Shown here piece by piece: positions 29,265 to 39,744 of a stretch of DNA of 64,000 nucleotides. The first letter of the stretch is position 1; every line of letters starts with the position of its first letter. The notes under the pieces were generated by a model that saw nothing but the letters and a program-made list of their open reading frames with translations, did no database searches and was not told where the DNA came from. This stretch comes from Phycisphaerae bacterium. Lineage in GTDB: Bacteria > Planctomycetota > Phycisphaerae > WQYP01. Position numbers and translations under genes: made by a program. The stretch is taken from positions 34,117 to 98,116 of the forward strand of contig DATKPA010000019.1 of NCBI GenBank assembly GCA_035524355.1, given 5' to 3'.

Positions 29265-31382
29265 TCAGACCTCCACCCTTACCACCCGCCCCCCCGGCAA
29301 TGCCTCCAAGAATTGCTTCCCGTATGGCTTCGTCGCGATGCGTTTGTCGAGCACGACGACGATGCCCGTGTCCGTCTTGCTGCGGATCAGGCGGCCGAAG
29401 CCTTGTTTGAATTTGATGATGGCTTCGGGGAGCGAGTATTCGGCGAAGGGGTTACCGCCCTCGGCTTTGATGGCGTCGAGGCGGGCTTCGATGAGGGGCT
29501 TGTCGGGGACCTCGAAGGGGAGCTTGGTGATGATGACGTTGGAGAGCGCATCTCCCTGCACGTCGACGCCCTGCCAGAAGGAGTCGGTGCCGAGCAGGAC
29601 GGGGTTGGGGGTGGATTTGAAGCGGGAGAGGAGTTGGCCGCGGGTCAAGGTGCCGCCCTGGGCGAGCATGGTGTAGCCGAGGGGGGCGAGTTGCGGGGCG
29701 AGGATTCTGGCGGCGCGGTCGAGCATGGCGTAGCTTGTAAAGAGGACGAAGGCACGGCCTTGCGTCTGGCGGAGGTAGTGCATGGCGCGATCCATGGCCT
29801 GGTCGAGGAAGGCGCGTTCTTCGGGCGAGGGGAGGCCGACTTCGAGGTAGATGGTGCACTGCTTTTCGTAGTCGAAGGGCGAGCCCAGCAATAATTCGCT
29901 GCCTGAATTCAATCCGATGCGGGAGCGCAGGTATTCGAACGATGAATCGGCGAGCGGGCGAGCGGGCGAATCGGCGATATCCGAATCGCCGCCCTTTCGC
30001 CGGTTTGCCGATTCACCCGGTCGCCGATTCGATCCTGCCGACAATGTCGCGCTGGTGAGGACAACGCTGGGGACTTCGTTGAAGAGATTTTCGCGTAGCT
30101 GCTCCGCCACATTGATCGGGCTGCAGGTCCACTTCAGGCGGCGCGAGGTCTTGCCGGTGGCTTCCACCCAGTAGACCGATTCTTCCTGTTGCTGCGAGAT
30201 GAGGGAGTCGAGGGCGACGGCGATTCCGTTGACGCGGTTGGTAAAGCTGTTCAATTCGAAGCGGATTTTTTCGAGCTCGTAATCTTCGCCTTTGAGCCGT
30301 TCGCCGCCGGCGGGGTTGTCGACGACCGGCCGATCCTCGGCTCCGGCGCGGGCGGCAACTTGCGCGGAGAGTCCTTTGAGCGCCTTGGCGAGATCGGCCA
30401 TTGCGGGGCTGAGGGGATTGTTGACGATGTTTTTCTCGCGGACGCGGCCATTGGAAGAGGCGCGTGTGGTCAGCCAGCGGTCGAGTTCTTCAAAGAAGAG
30501 ATTGGTCGCGACTTCGGCCTCGTGGACTTTTTCGACGGCGGCGAGGTTGTCGACGTTGTCGAGGGTTGCGAGGAAGCCGCGCTGCGTTTTCTCGGCGAAG
30601 AGCGAGTGGAGGAGATAGCGCACCTGCGATTCCGAGACGCTCAGGCCGAAATGATCGGATGCGACTCCCTCGATGGTGTGGGCTTCGTCGAGGACCACGA
30701 AGTCATAAGCGGGCAAAATCGCCCCGCCCATTCGCCGCAGCGCCAGATCGGAAAAAAACATCGCATGGTTGCAGATCAGCAATTGCCCGTTCATGATCCG
30801 CCGCCGCGATGCCTGGTAGAAGCAGCCCTCGAAATATTTGCACCGGCGGCCGAGGCAATTGCCCTGCTCGGCGCAGACCTTGTCCCACACCTGCCACGCG
30901 GGCTGGCGGGGGAGATCGCTGAGGGAGCCGTCCTTGGTGTTGTTCGCCCAGTCCTCGATCATGACGAGGTCGTCGGCATTGCGGAGATCGGGGAAGAGGT
31001 TCAGGCTTTTGCGCGAAGCCTGTTCGAGCCGGCGGAGGCAGAGGTAATTGCTGCGGCCCTTGCAGAGGACGGCGGAGAATTCCTGGCCGCTCACTGCGCG
31101 GAGGAAGGGGATATCCTTTTCGATCAACTGCTCCTGCAGCGAGATCGTGTGGGTGGAGATGACGACTTTTTTGCCCTTTGCCACCTGGGCGATTGCGGGG
31201 ATCAGGTAGGCGAAGCTTTTTCCGACGCCGGTTCCTGCTTCCACGATCAGATGCCGCTTATTGTCGAATGCCCGTTCGACGGCTTCGGCCATTTCCTGCT
31301 GCTGTGGGCGCAGTTCGAAATTGCTCAGTCGCTTGGCGACGGGTCCTGAGGAGGAGAGGAAATCGGTGACGGAGATCGACAT
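29265..31382 (-). CDS. DinG/YoaA-family ATP-dependent DNA helicase
   Basis: EAGTGVGKS, KGRSNYLC, Fe-S Cys cluster, LDEAH, TSATL, FWQGVDV, QGFGRLIR. Confidence 0.94.
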   Translation of the reverse strand: MSISVTDFLSSSGPVAKRLSNFELRPQQQEMAEAVERAFDNKRHLIVEAGTGVGKSFAYLIPAIAQVAKGKKVVISTHTISLQEQLIEKDIPFLRAVSGQEFSAVLCKGRSNYLCLRRLEQASRKSLNLFPDLRNADDLVMIEDWANNTKDGSLSDLPRQPAWQVWDKVCAEQGNCLGRRCKYFEGCFYQASRRRIMNGQLLICNHAMFFSDLALRRMGGAILPAYDFVVLDEAHTIEGVASDHFGLSVSESQVRYLLHSLFAEKTQRGFLATLDNVDNLAAVEKVHEAEVATNLFFEELDRWLTTRASSNGRVREKNIVNNPLSPAMADLAKALKGLSAQVAARAGAEDRPVVDNPAGGERLKGEDYELEKIRFELNSFTNRVNGIAVALDSLISQQQEESVYWVEATGKTSRRLKWTCSPINVAEQLRENLFNEVPSVVLTSATLSAGSNRRPGESANRRKGGDSDIADSPARPLADSSFEYLRSRIGLNSGSELLLGSPFDYEKQCTIYLEVGLPSPEERAFLDQAMDRAMHYLRQTQGRAFVLFTSYAMLDRAARILAPQLAPLGYTMLAQGGTLTRGQLLSRFKSTPNPVLLGTDSFWQGVDVQGDALSNVIITKLPFEVPDKPLIEARLDAIKAEGGNPFAEYSLPEAIIKFKQGFGRLIRSKTDTGIVVVLDKRIATKPYGKQFLEALPGGRVVRVEV

Positions 31383-31440
31383 GCCGACAAGATATCAACT
31401 TCGCGCGGTTAATAAAATGGTCGGGCGAGTGTGAGGTTCA

Positions 31441-31532
31441 TTGAGTTAAATGAGTTAATTAAGTTAAGTGGGACCTGGGGAACGAGATGTGGCATCGAAG
31501 TCCCAATTAGCCGGTTAACTCACTTAACTCCA
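31441..31532. repeat. Inverted nonamer repeat (GAGTTAA type)
   Basis: TGAGTTAAATGAGTTAATTAAGTTAAGTG ... TTAACTCACTTAACTC; related run at 40881-40910. Confidence 0.75.
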
Positions 31533-33173
31533 TCACTTGCCCTCGATGAACGTCTTCGCGTCGGCGGACAGTTGTTCGAGGCCTTGTTGGACGTGATAGA
31601 TCATGTGGCCGCCGGGGTAGTATTTCTGCGTGATGTTTTTTCGCAGTTCGGGGGCGAGGCCGAGGTGGTCGATTTGATAGTCGGTGGCGAAGAAAGGGGT
31701 GGCGAGATCGAAGTGGCCGGAGCAGACCATGAGGCGGAGGTGTGGGTTGTGGGTCATGGCGTCGCGCAGGCTGTCGCCGACGTAGAGATAGCCGTTTTCG
31801 TCGCCGGTGCCGGATTTCCAGTTCCAGGGGTAGACGCGGTTGGAGAGCACTTCGTAGGCGATGTCGTTGTCGTACCTGAGGGTTTTGCGCACGTAGACGT
31901 TGAATGCGGAGGTGTAGGCGTCGAGAAATCCGGAAAGGGAGGGGTCGTATTCCTGCGAATCGTTCTGGGCATCGGTGGGCGGACCGGCAATGCGGCCGTC
32001 GAAGCGACCGACGACGAGATCGCCCTCGCCGCCTGGCGAGCGGAGCAATTCCTTCTCAAACCGCCAAGGAGAGATCCGCAGGCGCGACTCCAGAATGTAG
32101 GGCACCGAAAGGCCGGTGAGATCGGACAGCTTCGCGGCGACGCTCTTCCGCTCCTCCACCGAAAGGGTCTGGCCCTTCATCAAAGCGGTGGCATACTCGT
32201 TCTCCGCAAACTGCTCCGACTCCTTGAGGAGCGCGTCCAGGTCGGCATGTTTGGCCATGTCGAGCTTCTTGTGATACCACGCCACAGCGGAGTAGCTGGG
32301 CAGATAGAGGGCGAAGGGCAGATCGTTGTTGTCGCCGGGGTTCAGCGTCGAGAAGTTAAGAACCGTGGAAATGAGCACCACGCCGGAGACGCTCACGCCG
32401 GCGCGTTCCTGCAGATAGTTGGAGAGTGCCGCCGCGCGCGTGGTGCCGTAGCTTTCGCCGGCGAGGAAGACAGGCGAACCCCAGCGTTCGTTTTTTGTGA
32501 GAAAAAGCCGGATGAATTCACCCATGGCGGAGATGTCTTCCTTGACGCCGAGGAATTCTTTCGCCTGCTCCTGCGTTGCGGGTCGGGAGTAGCCGGTGTT
32601 GACGGGATCGACGAAGACGAGGTCGGTGGCGGGGAGCCAGGAGTAGGGATTCTCGACGACCTTGTAAGGTGCTGTCGGCGCGGTGCCGTCGGCGGGGATG
32701 TCGATTCGGCGTGGGCCGACTGCGCCCAGGTGCAGCCAGACCGATGCAGCGCCGGGTCCGCCGTTGAAGAGGAAGGTGATGGGGCGGTGCGAGTCGCCGA
32801 AGAATGGCTTGTTTTTTTCTTCGCCGGGCCGGGTTGCGGGTTGCGTCTCGGGGCTCGCGGCACCTGAGAAATAGGAGACGTAAAACACGTTTGCGCGGAG
32901 TTTTCCCTGCTCATCGTTCAATGGCATGTAGCCGGTGGTCGCGGTGTACTCCATCTGCTTTCCACCCGCGGGCGTGAGCGTTGCGGTGGTCACCGACGGC
33001 GTGGTCCCCATCATCGGCTTCGCTTCCTTCTCGGCCGGCGGCGCGTCGTTTCCTTTGGCTGACGCTTCCTGCATCGGGCCCGGATGTTCGGCCCCGCTCA
33101 CGACTCCGCGGAGCGCAGTCATACCCACCACCACGTACGCCGCCGCCAACATTCGCAATAAGCCACGCGTCAT
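31533..33173 (-). CDS. Serine carboxypeptidase, peptidase S10 family
   Basis: Signal peptide, FNGGPG, DPVNTGYS, GESYG, GGHMIY. Confidence 0.93.
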   Translation of the reverse strand: MTRGLLRMLAAAYVVVGMTALRGVVSGAEHPGPMQEASAKGNDAPPAEKEAKPMMGTTPSVTTATLTPAGGKQMEYTATTGYMPLNDEQGKLRANVFYVSYFSGAASPETQPATRPGEEKNKPFFGDSHRPITFLFNGGPGAASVWLHLGAVGPRRIDIPADGTAPTAPYKVVENPYSWLPATDLVFVDPVNTGYSRPATQEQAKEFLGVKEDISAMGEFIRLFLTKNERWGSPVFLAGESYGTTRAAALSNYLQERAGVSVSGVVLISTVLNFSTLNPGDNNDLPFALYLPSYSAVAWYHKKLDMAKHADLDALLKESEQFAENEYATALMKGQTLSVEERKSVAAKLSDLTGLSVPYILESRLRISPWRFEKELLRSPGGEGDLVVGRFDGRIAGPPTDAQNDSQEYDPSLSGFLDAYTSAFNVYVRKTLRYDNDIAYEVLSNRVYPWNWKSGTGDENGYLYVGDSLRDAMTHNPHLRLMVCSGHFDLATPFFATDYQIDHLGLAPELRKNITQKYYPGGHMIYHVQQGLEQLSADAKTFIEGK

Positions 33174-33372
33174 CGCAACCTCCGTGAATCAACCGATATT
33201 TCGTCGCCACGATCGCCGGCGCCTTTCGGAATTCTGCCCGATCATGCTCTCACTCACAACCGCGCGCCACAACCGCACGCACTGGGCCTTTCGCGCGAGC
33301 CGTCTCGACACCTGCGCCGGTCACGAGTAGGCTGGTTAGTCAAGTTTCTTCGCAAATCTCGACAGGTTCGCC

Positions 33373-34737
33373 ATGACAAAGTGCATTACCGTGATCCTCG
33401 CCCTGGCCAGCATTTCCGCCGTCGGGCTCGCCGCCGCACCGGCCACTCAACCTGCGTTTTATGCCTGGGCCGCGACGCCGCCGATGGGCTGGAACTCGTG
33501 GGACTGCTTTGGCACGGGCGTCACCGAGGAGCAAACGCTCGCCAATGCCGATTACATGCAGAAGAATCTGCTCTCGCATGGATGGAATATCATCACCATC
33601 GACATCCAGTGGTACGAGCCCAAGGCCAATACGCTGAATTACCGCCAGAACGCGGTCCTGGAAATGGACAACTACGGGCGGCTCCTCCCCGCCGGCAACC
33701 GGTTTCCCTCCACGGCGGCCGCTCACTCGTTCAAGCCGATCGCCGATGCACTGCATCAGCGCGGATTGAAGTTCGGACTGCACCTGCTCCGCGGCATTCC
33801 GCGCCAGGCCGTCGAGCGGAACATGCCGATCCTCAACACGCCCTACCACGCGGCCGACATCGCCGACAAGAACGACACCTGCCAATGGAATCCGGACATG
33901 TATGGCGTGGACATGTCGAAGCCCGGCGCGCAGGAGTATTACAACTCCGTGTTCCAGCTTTTCGCCACGTGGGACCTCGACTTCGTCAAAGTCGACGACC
34001 TTTCGCGGCCTTATCACAAGGCGGAGATCGAAGGTATCCGGAAGGCGATCGATCTGTGCGGCCGGCCGATTGTTTTTTCGACAAGCCCCGGCGCGACGCC
34101 CGTTTCCGAAGGACCCCACGTTTCGACTCACGCCAACATGTGGCGCATCTCCGACGATTTCTGGGATTCGTGGAAATCGCTCAAGGAACAATTCGCGAGG
34201 CTCGACGCGTGGACGCCGTATCGTGGTGAAGGGCACTGGCCGGATGCCGACATGCTTCCCCTCGGCAATGTCCGCGCGTTCACGAAGAATGGCTGGACGC
34301 ACTTTACGCATGATGAACAGAGGACGATGCTGACGCTCTGGTCGATCGCGCGCTCGCCGCTGATCGTCGGCGCAAATCTGCCGGCCAATGACGACTTCAC
34401 GCTCTCGCTTCTGAGCAACGACGAAATACTCGCCGTCGATCAGCACTCGATCAACAACCGGCAGCTCTCGCGGAAGGATGACCTGATCGTCTGGACGGCC
34501 GACGTTCCAAACTCACCCGACAGATACGTCGCGCTTTTCAACGCACAGGAGAACAAAAAAGGTGCGACGCCGCAGGTCGCGACTGTCACCGTGAATCTGT
34601 CGGACATGAACCTCTCCTCTCCCGTTGCCGTGCGTGATCTCTGGACGCACCAGAATCTTCCCAACACCGACACCGCCATTACGGCGACGCTTCTTCCCCA
34701 CACGGCCGCGCTTTATCGCCTGAGTCCGACGAAGTAG
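33373..34737 (+). CDS. Glycoside hydrolase family 27 (alpha-galactosidase-like)
   Basis: TPPMGWNSW, DFVKVD, WRISDDFWD, DADMLPLG. Confidence 0.93.
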   Translation: MTKCITVILALASISAVGLAAAPATQPAFYAWAATPPMGWNSWDCFGTGVTEEQTLANADYMQKNLLSHGWNIITIDIQWYEPKANTLNYRQNAVLEMDNYGRLLPAGNRFPSTAAAHSFKPIADALHQRGLKFGLHLLRGIPRQAVERNMPILNTPYHAADIADKNDTCQWNPDMYGVDMSKPGAQEYYNSVFQLFATWDLDFVKVDDLSRPYHKAEIEGIRKAIDLCGRPIVFSTSPGATPVSEGPHVSTHANMWRISDDFWDSWKSLKEQFARLDAWTPYRGEGHWPDADMLPLGNVRAFTKNGWTHFTHDEQRTMLTLWSIARSPLIVGANLPANDDFTLSLLSNDEILAVDQHSINNRQLSRKDDLIVWTADVPNSPDRYVALFNAQENKKGATPQVATVTVNLSDMNLSSPVAVRDLWTHQNLPNTDTAITATLLPHTAALYRLSPTK

Positions 34738-34855
34738 TCCGGAAGTTTCCAACAACATGGCAGTGGGTGCAAACGCGGCGGTTAAAACCGCCGGCTCATC
34801 TGCGGATTGGCGACATTCCTCGAATTCGTCTTCCCATTTGCCGACGACGCCGGAT

Positions 34856-35545
34856 TCAGTTCAATCCCTCTTCGTGACCTGGTGTTTCCGTCGTTCCCTC
34901 CCCCCCCTCGTCGGTAAAGCTCGGGACAAATGTGTTCGGCACAATCACGGGCAGCATCTCGCGCTCCGGATCATTCTTCTGCAGAAACGTCTTGAAGCCC
35001 CACACATCCTTCCCGAAATAGACCCACAATTTGTGCGCCGCCGCCGCCTCCTTGAGTTTCTGAAACGACCGCGGCTTGACCGTGGAATCGATCTCGAACA
35101 CCGCCACCGGCACGCGTTTTCGCGCCCAGATCACATCCACCCGCCCCGACAACTGCAACGCCCCCCCCACCGGCTCCTCCCCTGCGCGCTCCGGATCGTC
35201 GAACAGTGCGGCCGACTCCGTCCACCCCCGGCAGTCGAAATTTTCCGCCAGCGCCGCGAGCTGCCGCTGAAACGCATTGTGGTAATGAATCCCCTTCAAC
35301 CCCGACTTGTTCAGATTCATTCCAATGGCCCGAATCCGCGCGGTGAGATCGACCAGCGCCGGCTGCGAGAGCATGAACTCCGGATCCATCGACACCCGCA
35401 CATCCTTCCGATTCGGCACCGCGACCGGCCGCCATTCCTCGATGAACGGCTGCACGATTTTGCTGACTTTTTCCGGCGTCAGCTCCGCCTCGCCGGCGAA
35501 AAGCCGCAGCCGGCGCAGCGATTCATGATATCGGCGTCCGTCCAT
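34856..35545 (-). CDS. Hypothetical protein with PD-(D/E)XK-like motif
   Basis: GRVDVIW...AVFEIDS; start placed at MDGRRY. Confidence 0.6.
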   Translation of the reverse strand: MDGRRYHESLRRLRLFAGEAELTPEKVSKIVQPFIEEWRPVAVPNRKDVRVSMDPEFMLSQPALVDLTARIRAIGMNLNKSGLKGIHYHNAFQRQLAALAENFDCRGWTESAALFDDPERAGEEPVGGALQLSGRVDVIWARKRVPVAVFEIDSTVKPRSFQKLKEAAAAHKLWVYFGKDVWGFKTFLQKNDPEREMLPVIVPNTFVPSFTDEGGEGTTETPGHEEGLN

Positions 35546-35650
35546 GAGGGTGCAACTATAACGCATTTCCCGACGTAGCGGCAAAGAACGAGCATCACGT
35601 TCCGAAATTCCACCATTGCATTTTTCCCCGTCACTGGAAACACTGCACGC

Positions 35651-36991
35651 ATGCAGCGTCCATCCGCCCAATCCATCGAGCGTCTTGAACAAGCGCTCGC
35701 CGCCGATCCGAACGACCTGCCCCTGCTTTCCCAACTCGCCAACACGCTCGTCAACGCCAATCGCCCCGCCGAATCGCTCCCGCTGTTCGCCCACGCCATG
35801 CAACTCTCACCGAACGACCCGCGTCTTCTGAACGACCGCGCCCTCGCCCTCACCGCGCTTGGCCGATTTGATGACGCCCGCACCGATCTCGCCGCCGCAC
35901 TTCGAGAGGACCCGGGCTTCGTACCGGCCCACAACAATCTCGCCAACCTCTTCATCATGATGGGCCGGCACCAGGAGGCCCTCACCTCGCTCGATATCGC
36001 CCTGATGCTCGATCCCACGCACGCCTCCGCTCTCCGCAACCGCGGGATCGCCCATTTGTCGCTGGGTGACTTCGACGGCGGCCGCGATGACTACGAACGC
36101 GCCTGCACGGCTTTCCCAGACTCGCCGCTGCCCTGTCCGGAATGGACGGGGCAAGCGCTCGCCGGCAAACGCCTCCTGCTCCTAACCAGCCGGCATGGCC
36201 TGGGCGACACGATCCAGTTCGTCCGGTTTGCCCCGCAGCTTCAATCGCGCGGCGCGCAGATCATTATTCAATGTGCAATGCCGCTCGCTGAACTTCTCCG
36301 AGGCGCGCCGGGTGTCGATGAGCTGATCACGCATACGGAGCCGCTGCCGCGCGCGGATTATTCCCTTCAGCTTGTTTCGCTGCTCCGGGTACTCAAGATC
36401 ACGCTCGACACCATTCCCGCGGCCGTCCCCTACATCACTGCCGACGCGCGGCGCGTGGAGTACTGGCGCGGGCGCCTCGCACAACTCCGCAAGCCCAACC
36501 ACAAGCTCATCGGCATAGCGTGGCAGGGCAATCCGCATCATCAATGGGACCAATTCCGCTCTGCCCCGCTGCAGGAATTCGCGCTGCTTACAGAACTTCC
36601 GAACATGCAGCTCGTCAGCCTTCAGCGCGGCCCCGGCGTCGAGCAGATCCCCGCATTCCAGCAACTCACCCAGAACGCGCTCCTCCTCCCCACCGCCGGC
36701 GAGCAGACGGAACCCGCGCACCTCGCCGACGCCGCCGCCATCATCGCCAACCTTGATGCGCTCGTGACCGTCGACACCTTCACCGCGCACCTCGCCGCCG
36801 CCATGGCCAAGCCCGTTCTGGTGGCTCTCTCCACCGTCGCCGATTGGCGCTGGCTCACCGACCGCACCGATTCTCCCTGGTATCCCACGCTTCGTCTCTT
36901 CCGCCAGCAGAAACTCAACGACTGGCCCGACGTTTTTCGCCGTATCGCGGAATTCCTGCGAAACGATAAAGGCGCTATGATTGCAGAGTGA
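35651..36991 (+). CDS. TPR plus glycosyltransferase family 9-like protein
   Basis: N-terminal TPRs, GLGDTIQFVRF, IGIAWQGNP, TVDT..AHLAAA, DWRW, SPWYP. Confidence 0.88.
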   Translation: MQRPSAQSIERLEQALAADPNDLPLLSQLANTLVNANRPAESLPLFAHAMQLSPNDPRLLNDRALALTALGRFDDARTDLAAALREDPGFVPAHNNLANLFIMMGRHQEALTSLDIALMLDPTHASALRNRGIAHLSLGDFDGGRDDYERACTAFPDSPLPCPEWTGQALAGKRLLLLTSRHGLGDTIQFVRFAPQLQSRGAQIIIQCAMPLAELLRGAPGVDELITHTEPLPRADYSLQLVSLLRVLKITLDTIPAAVPYITADARRVEYWRGRLAQLRKPNHKLIGIAWQGNPHHQWDQFRSAPLQEFALLTELPNMQLVSLQRGPGVEQIPAFQQLTQNALLLPTAGEQTEPAHLADAAAIIANLDALVTVDTFTAHLAAAMAKPVLVALSTVADWRWLTDRTDSPWYPTLRLFRQQKLNDWPDVFRRIAEFLRNDKGAMIAE

Positions 36992-37959
36992 AACCGATGC
37001 CCGCCCAAACCGCACTCGTCCTCGACCCCTTCTTTAAACTGCACGACACCGGCGCCGGCCACCCCGAATGTGCCGAGCGACTCACGGTCATCGAACACGC
37101 CCTGGCGCCGCTCCTGCCCAATGTGCTGCAGCTCGAGCCGCGCGATGCCGTCAATTCCGAACTCGCCCTCGTCCACGCCCAGCGTTACCTCGACATGGTC
37201 CAGCAGGACCTTCGCTTCGGCGCGGGCCACCTCTCCACCGGCGACACTGTCATCTCCGACCACTCCGGCGAAGTCGCCCGCCGCGCCACCGGCGGAGTCC
37301 TCAACGCCGTCGACGCCGTCATGCAGGGCCGTGCGCAAAGCGCGTTCTGCGCCGTCCGTCCCCCCGGCCATCACGCGACGCCCGTCACCGGCATGGGCTT
37401 CTGCATCTACAACCACATCGCCATCGCCGCCCGTTACGCCCAGAAGAAACACGGCGTCGGAAAAATCCTCATCGTCGATTGGGATGTCCACCACGGCAAC
37501 GGCACGCAGGACGCTTTCTACGCCGACGATTCCGTCCTCTTCTTCTCCTCCCACCAATACCCCTGGTACCCCGGCACCGGCGCCGCCGACGAAACCGGCA
37601 CAGGCCGCGGCCTCGGCTATAACGTCAATGCTCCCCTGCGCGCCGGCTCCGGCTTCGCTGAAATCCAGGCGGCATTACTCACCAAACTCTGGCCCAAACT
37701 CCGCGAGTTCCGCCCCGAGCTCATCCTCATCTCCGCCGGCTTCGACTCCCGCGTCGAAGACCCCCTCGGTGAATTCACCCTGGAAGACGAGGACTTCGCC
37801 AAGCTCACCCGCCTCCTGATGGAGTGGGCCCACGGATTCGCGAGCGGCCGCCTCATCAGCATCCTCGAGGGCGGCTACAACCTCGGTGCGCTTGGCAACA
37901 CCGTCGCCTCGCACGTGCAAACGCTGATGGCGGGCAGTGTTGCTGATGCGTCGCAATGA
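36988..37959 (+). CDS. Histone deacetylase family protein
   Basis: HPEC, RPPGHHA, DWDVHHGNGT, SAGFD, LEGGY; GTGA overlap with the upstream gene. Confidence 0.93.
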   Translation: MKPMPAQTALVLDPFFKLHDTGAGHPECAERLTVIEHALAPLLPNVLQLEPRDAVNSELALVHAQRYLDMVQQDLRFGAGHLSTGDTVISDHSGEVARRATGGVLNAVDAVMQGRAQSAFCAVRPPGHHATPVTGMGFCIYNHIAIAARYAQKKHGVGKILIVDWDVHHGNGTQDAFYADDSVLFFSSHQYPWYPGTGAADETGTGRGLGYNVNAPLRAGSGFAEIQAALLTKLWPKLREFRPELILISAGFDSRVEDPLGEFTLEDEDFAKLTRLLMEWAHGFASGRLISILEGGYNLGALGNTVASHVQTLMAGSVADASQ

Positions 37960-38035
37960 CTATGCCGAGCATGCACAGGGGACCTTCCCTGAGCATGGCA
38001 CAGGTTGGGCGTGGACATGTTGACAGGTTCGATGG

Positions 38036-38389
38036 TTATCCGCGGAGGGAAGCGGCGCGGGTTGCAGCTTGTTCGGCGACGTTGCGGCAGACGAGCTGAC
38101 AGAGGTCGAAGACGAGGGGCAGGGCGATGGAGTAGATGGCGCGGTTGCCGTCCTGTTGGCGGGCGATGATTCCGGCGGCGAGGAGGATTCCGAGCTGTTT
38201 GGAGGCGTTGGCCTGTTTGAGGTCGAGGGTGTCGACGATGTCGGAGACGCTGGCGGGGCCCTGCTGGAGGAGTTGGAGGATGCGGAGGCGGGAGGGCTCG
38301 GAGAGGACGGCGAACATGTCGGCGACGGCGTGCAACTGGGCGGGTTCGAGGGATTTGTGGGCGCGCCGCGGGGCGGTCGAATTCTTCAT
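38036..38389 (-). CDS. ArsR/SmtB-family transcriptional regulator
   Basis: FAVLSEPSRLRIL, QANASKQL, C-terminal LCQLVC. Confidence 0.9.
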   Translation of the reverse strand: MKNSTAPRRAHKSLEPAQLHAVADMFAVLSEPSRLRILQLLQQGPASVSDIVDTLDLKQANASKQLGILLAAGIIARQQDGNRAIYSIALPLVFDLCQLVCRNVAEQAATRAASLRG

Positions 38390-38401
38390 GGGCTCCTCTT
38401 G

Positions 38402-38427
38402 ACTATATCACCATATAGTGATATAGT
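38402..38427. promoter_or_regulatory. Perfect palindrome, likely operator of the ArsR regulator
   Basis: ACTATATCAC-N6-GTGATATAGT between the divergent arsR and CMD/rhodanese genes. Confidence 0.8.
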
Positions 38428-38582
38428 GTTATTATAGCCGTGGGAGGTGATGCGGGCAAGATCCTCCCGGATGCTTTTTTCGTCGCTGATTGGAAGACGG
38501 AAAAATGGCCACGAAAAACACAAAAGACACGAAAGTCATTTTAGATTTTTGAAAGCAGCCTCAACCTTTCAGGAGACATTTT

Positions 38583-38936
38583 ATGAGTACCAGTGCACAG
38601 GCGTATTACGAGGGGAATGCGGCGGCGATGAAGCCGGTGCGGGCGGCGATGCCGGACGTGATCAGGGGATTCGGCGCGTTGCATCAGGAAACGATGAAGG
38701 CGGGGGCGCTGGGCGTGGCGGAGAAGGAGTTGATTGCGCTGTCAATCGGGCTGGCGGTGCGGTGCGAGAATTGTGTGTATGCGCATGTGCGGGCGGCGCT
38801 GAAGGCGGGGGCGACGCGGGAGCAGGTGTTGGAGGCGGCGGGGGTGGCAGTGCTGATGCAGGGTGGGCCGACGTATACGTATCTGCCGCGGGTGGCGGAG
38901 GCATTGGAGGCGTTGGAGACGCCGGTTGCGGGGTGA
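38583..38936 (+). CDS. Carboxymuconolactone decarboxylase/AhpD-like protein
   Basis: KELIALSIG, CENCVYAH, MQGGP; AGGAG RBS. Confidence 0.9.
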   Translation: MSTSAQAYYEGNAAAMKPVRAAMPDVIRGFGALHQETMKAGALGVAEKELIALSIGLAVRCENCVYAHVRAALKAGATREQVLEAAGVAVLMQGGPTYTYLPRVAEALEALETPVAG

Positions 38937-39005
38937 CGGAGGTTAAACACAAAGGACACGAAGAGCACGAAGGACCACGAAGTCGGTTTTGGTTGGAGAT
39001 TTGAC

Positions 39006-39551
39006 ATGACTGTGAAGACGATTGAGGTGGGGGAGTTTCGGAAGTTGATTGAAGGCGGGAATACGATCACGCTGATTGATGTGCGGACGCCGGGGGAGTT
39101 TACGGGGCGGCATGTGGTGGGGGCGAGGTTGATGCCGTTGGATGGGTTGGATGCGGGGGCGGTGGCGGCGCTGCGCGCGGGGCCGGGGGAGGCGGTATAT
39201 GTTTTGTGTGAGAAGGGCGGGCGGGCGGCGAAGGCTTGTGAGAAGTTGATGGCGGCGGGGATGGGGGAGGTGTATTCGGTGGCGGGGGGGACGGCGGCGT
39301 GCGAGAGCGCCGGGGTGCCGATGGAGCGTGGTCGGGGTGCGATCTCGCTGGAGCGGCAGGTGCGGATTGCGGCGGGGGCGCTGGTGTTTGTGGGGACGGT
39401 GCTGGGGTGGGTGGTGCATCCGGGGTTTTTGGTGGTGCCGGGGTTTGTGGGGGGTGGGTTGGTGTTTGCGGGGGTGACGGATTTTTGTGGGATGGGGATT
39501 TTGCTGGGGAGGATGCCGTGGAATCGGGGGTCCGCGAGGTGCGCGACGTAG
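39006..39551 (+). CDS. Rhodanese-domain membrane protein (YgaP/DUF2892 type)
   Basis: IDVRTPGEF, LCEKGGRA, SLERQVRIAAG, GVTDFCGM...MPWN. Confidence 0.9.
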   Translation: MTVKTIEVGEFRKLIEGGNTITLIDVRTPGEFTGRHVVGARLMPLDGLDAGAVAALRAGPGEAVYVLCEKGGRAAKACEKLMAAGMGEVYSVAGGTAACESAGVPMERGRGAISLERQVRIAAGALVFVGTVLGWVVHPGFLVVPGFVGGGLVFAGVTDFCGMGILLGRMPWNRGSARCAT

Positions 39552-39579
39552 CACGTTTGTGCGAGCGGTTACGGGGTTT

Positions 39580-39680
39580 AAACCACAGAGGACACAGAGA
39601 ACACAGAGACGACGGACGGGATTGGGCGGGTTTTGACGGAGGTCGTCGTCTTTCTGTGTCCTCTGTGTTCTCTGTGGTTT
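39580..39680. repeat. Inverted nonamer repeat element (CACAGAG type)
   Basis: AACCACAGAGGACACAGAGAACACAGAG ... CTGTGTCCTCTGTGTTCTCTGTGGTT; near-identical arms at 51512-51612. Confidence 0.9.
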
Positions 39681-39744
39681 TATTTTCTCTTTCGTGGTGG
39701 AGTGAGCATTTTGAGCGGGTCGGCGGAACCTCTATAATTGCGGG

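Noticed and set aside
39552-39744. TPP riboswitch before thiS-thiG
   Set aside because: The structured sequence here is the nonamer inverted-repeat element; the CUGAGA core of a TPP aptamer was not seen.
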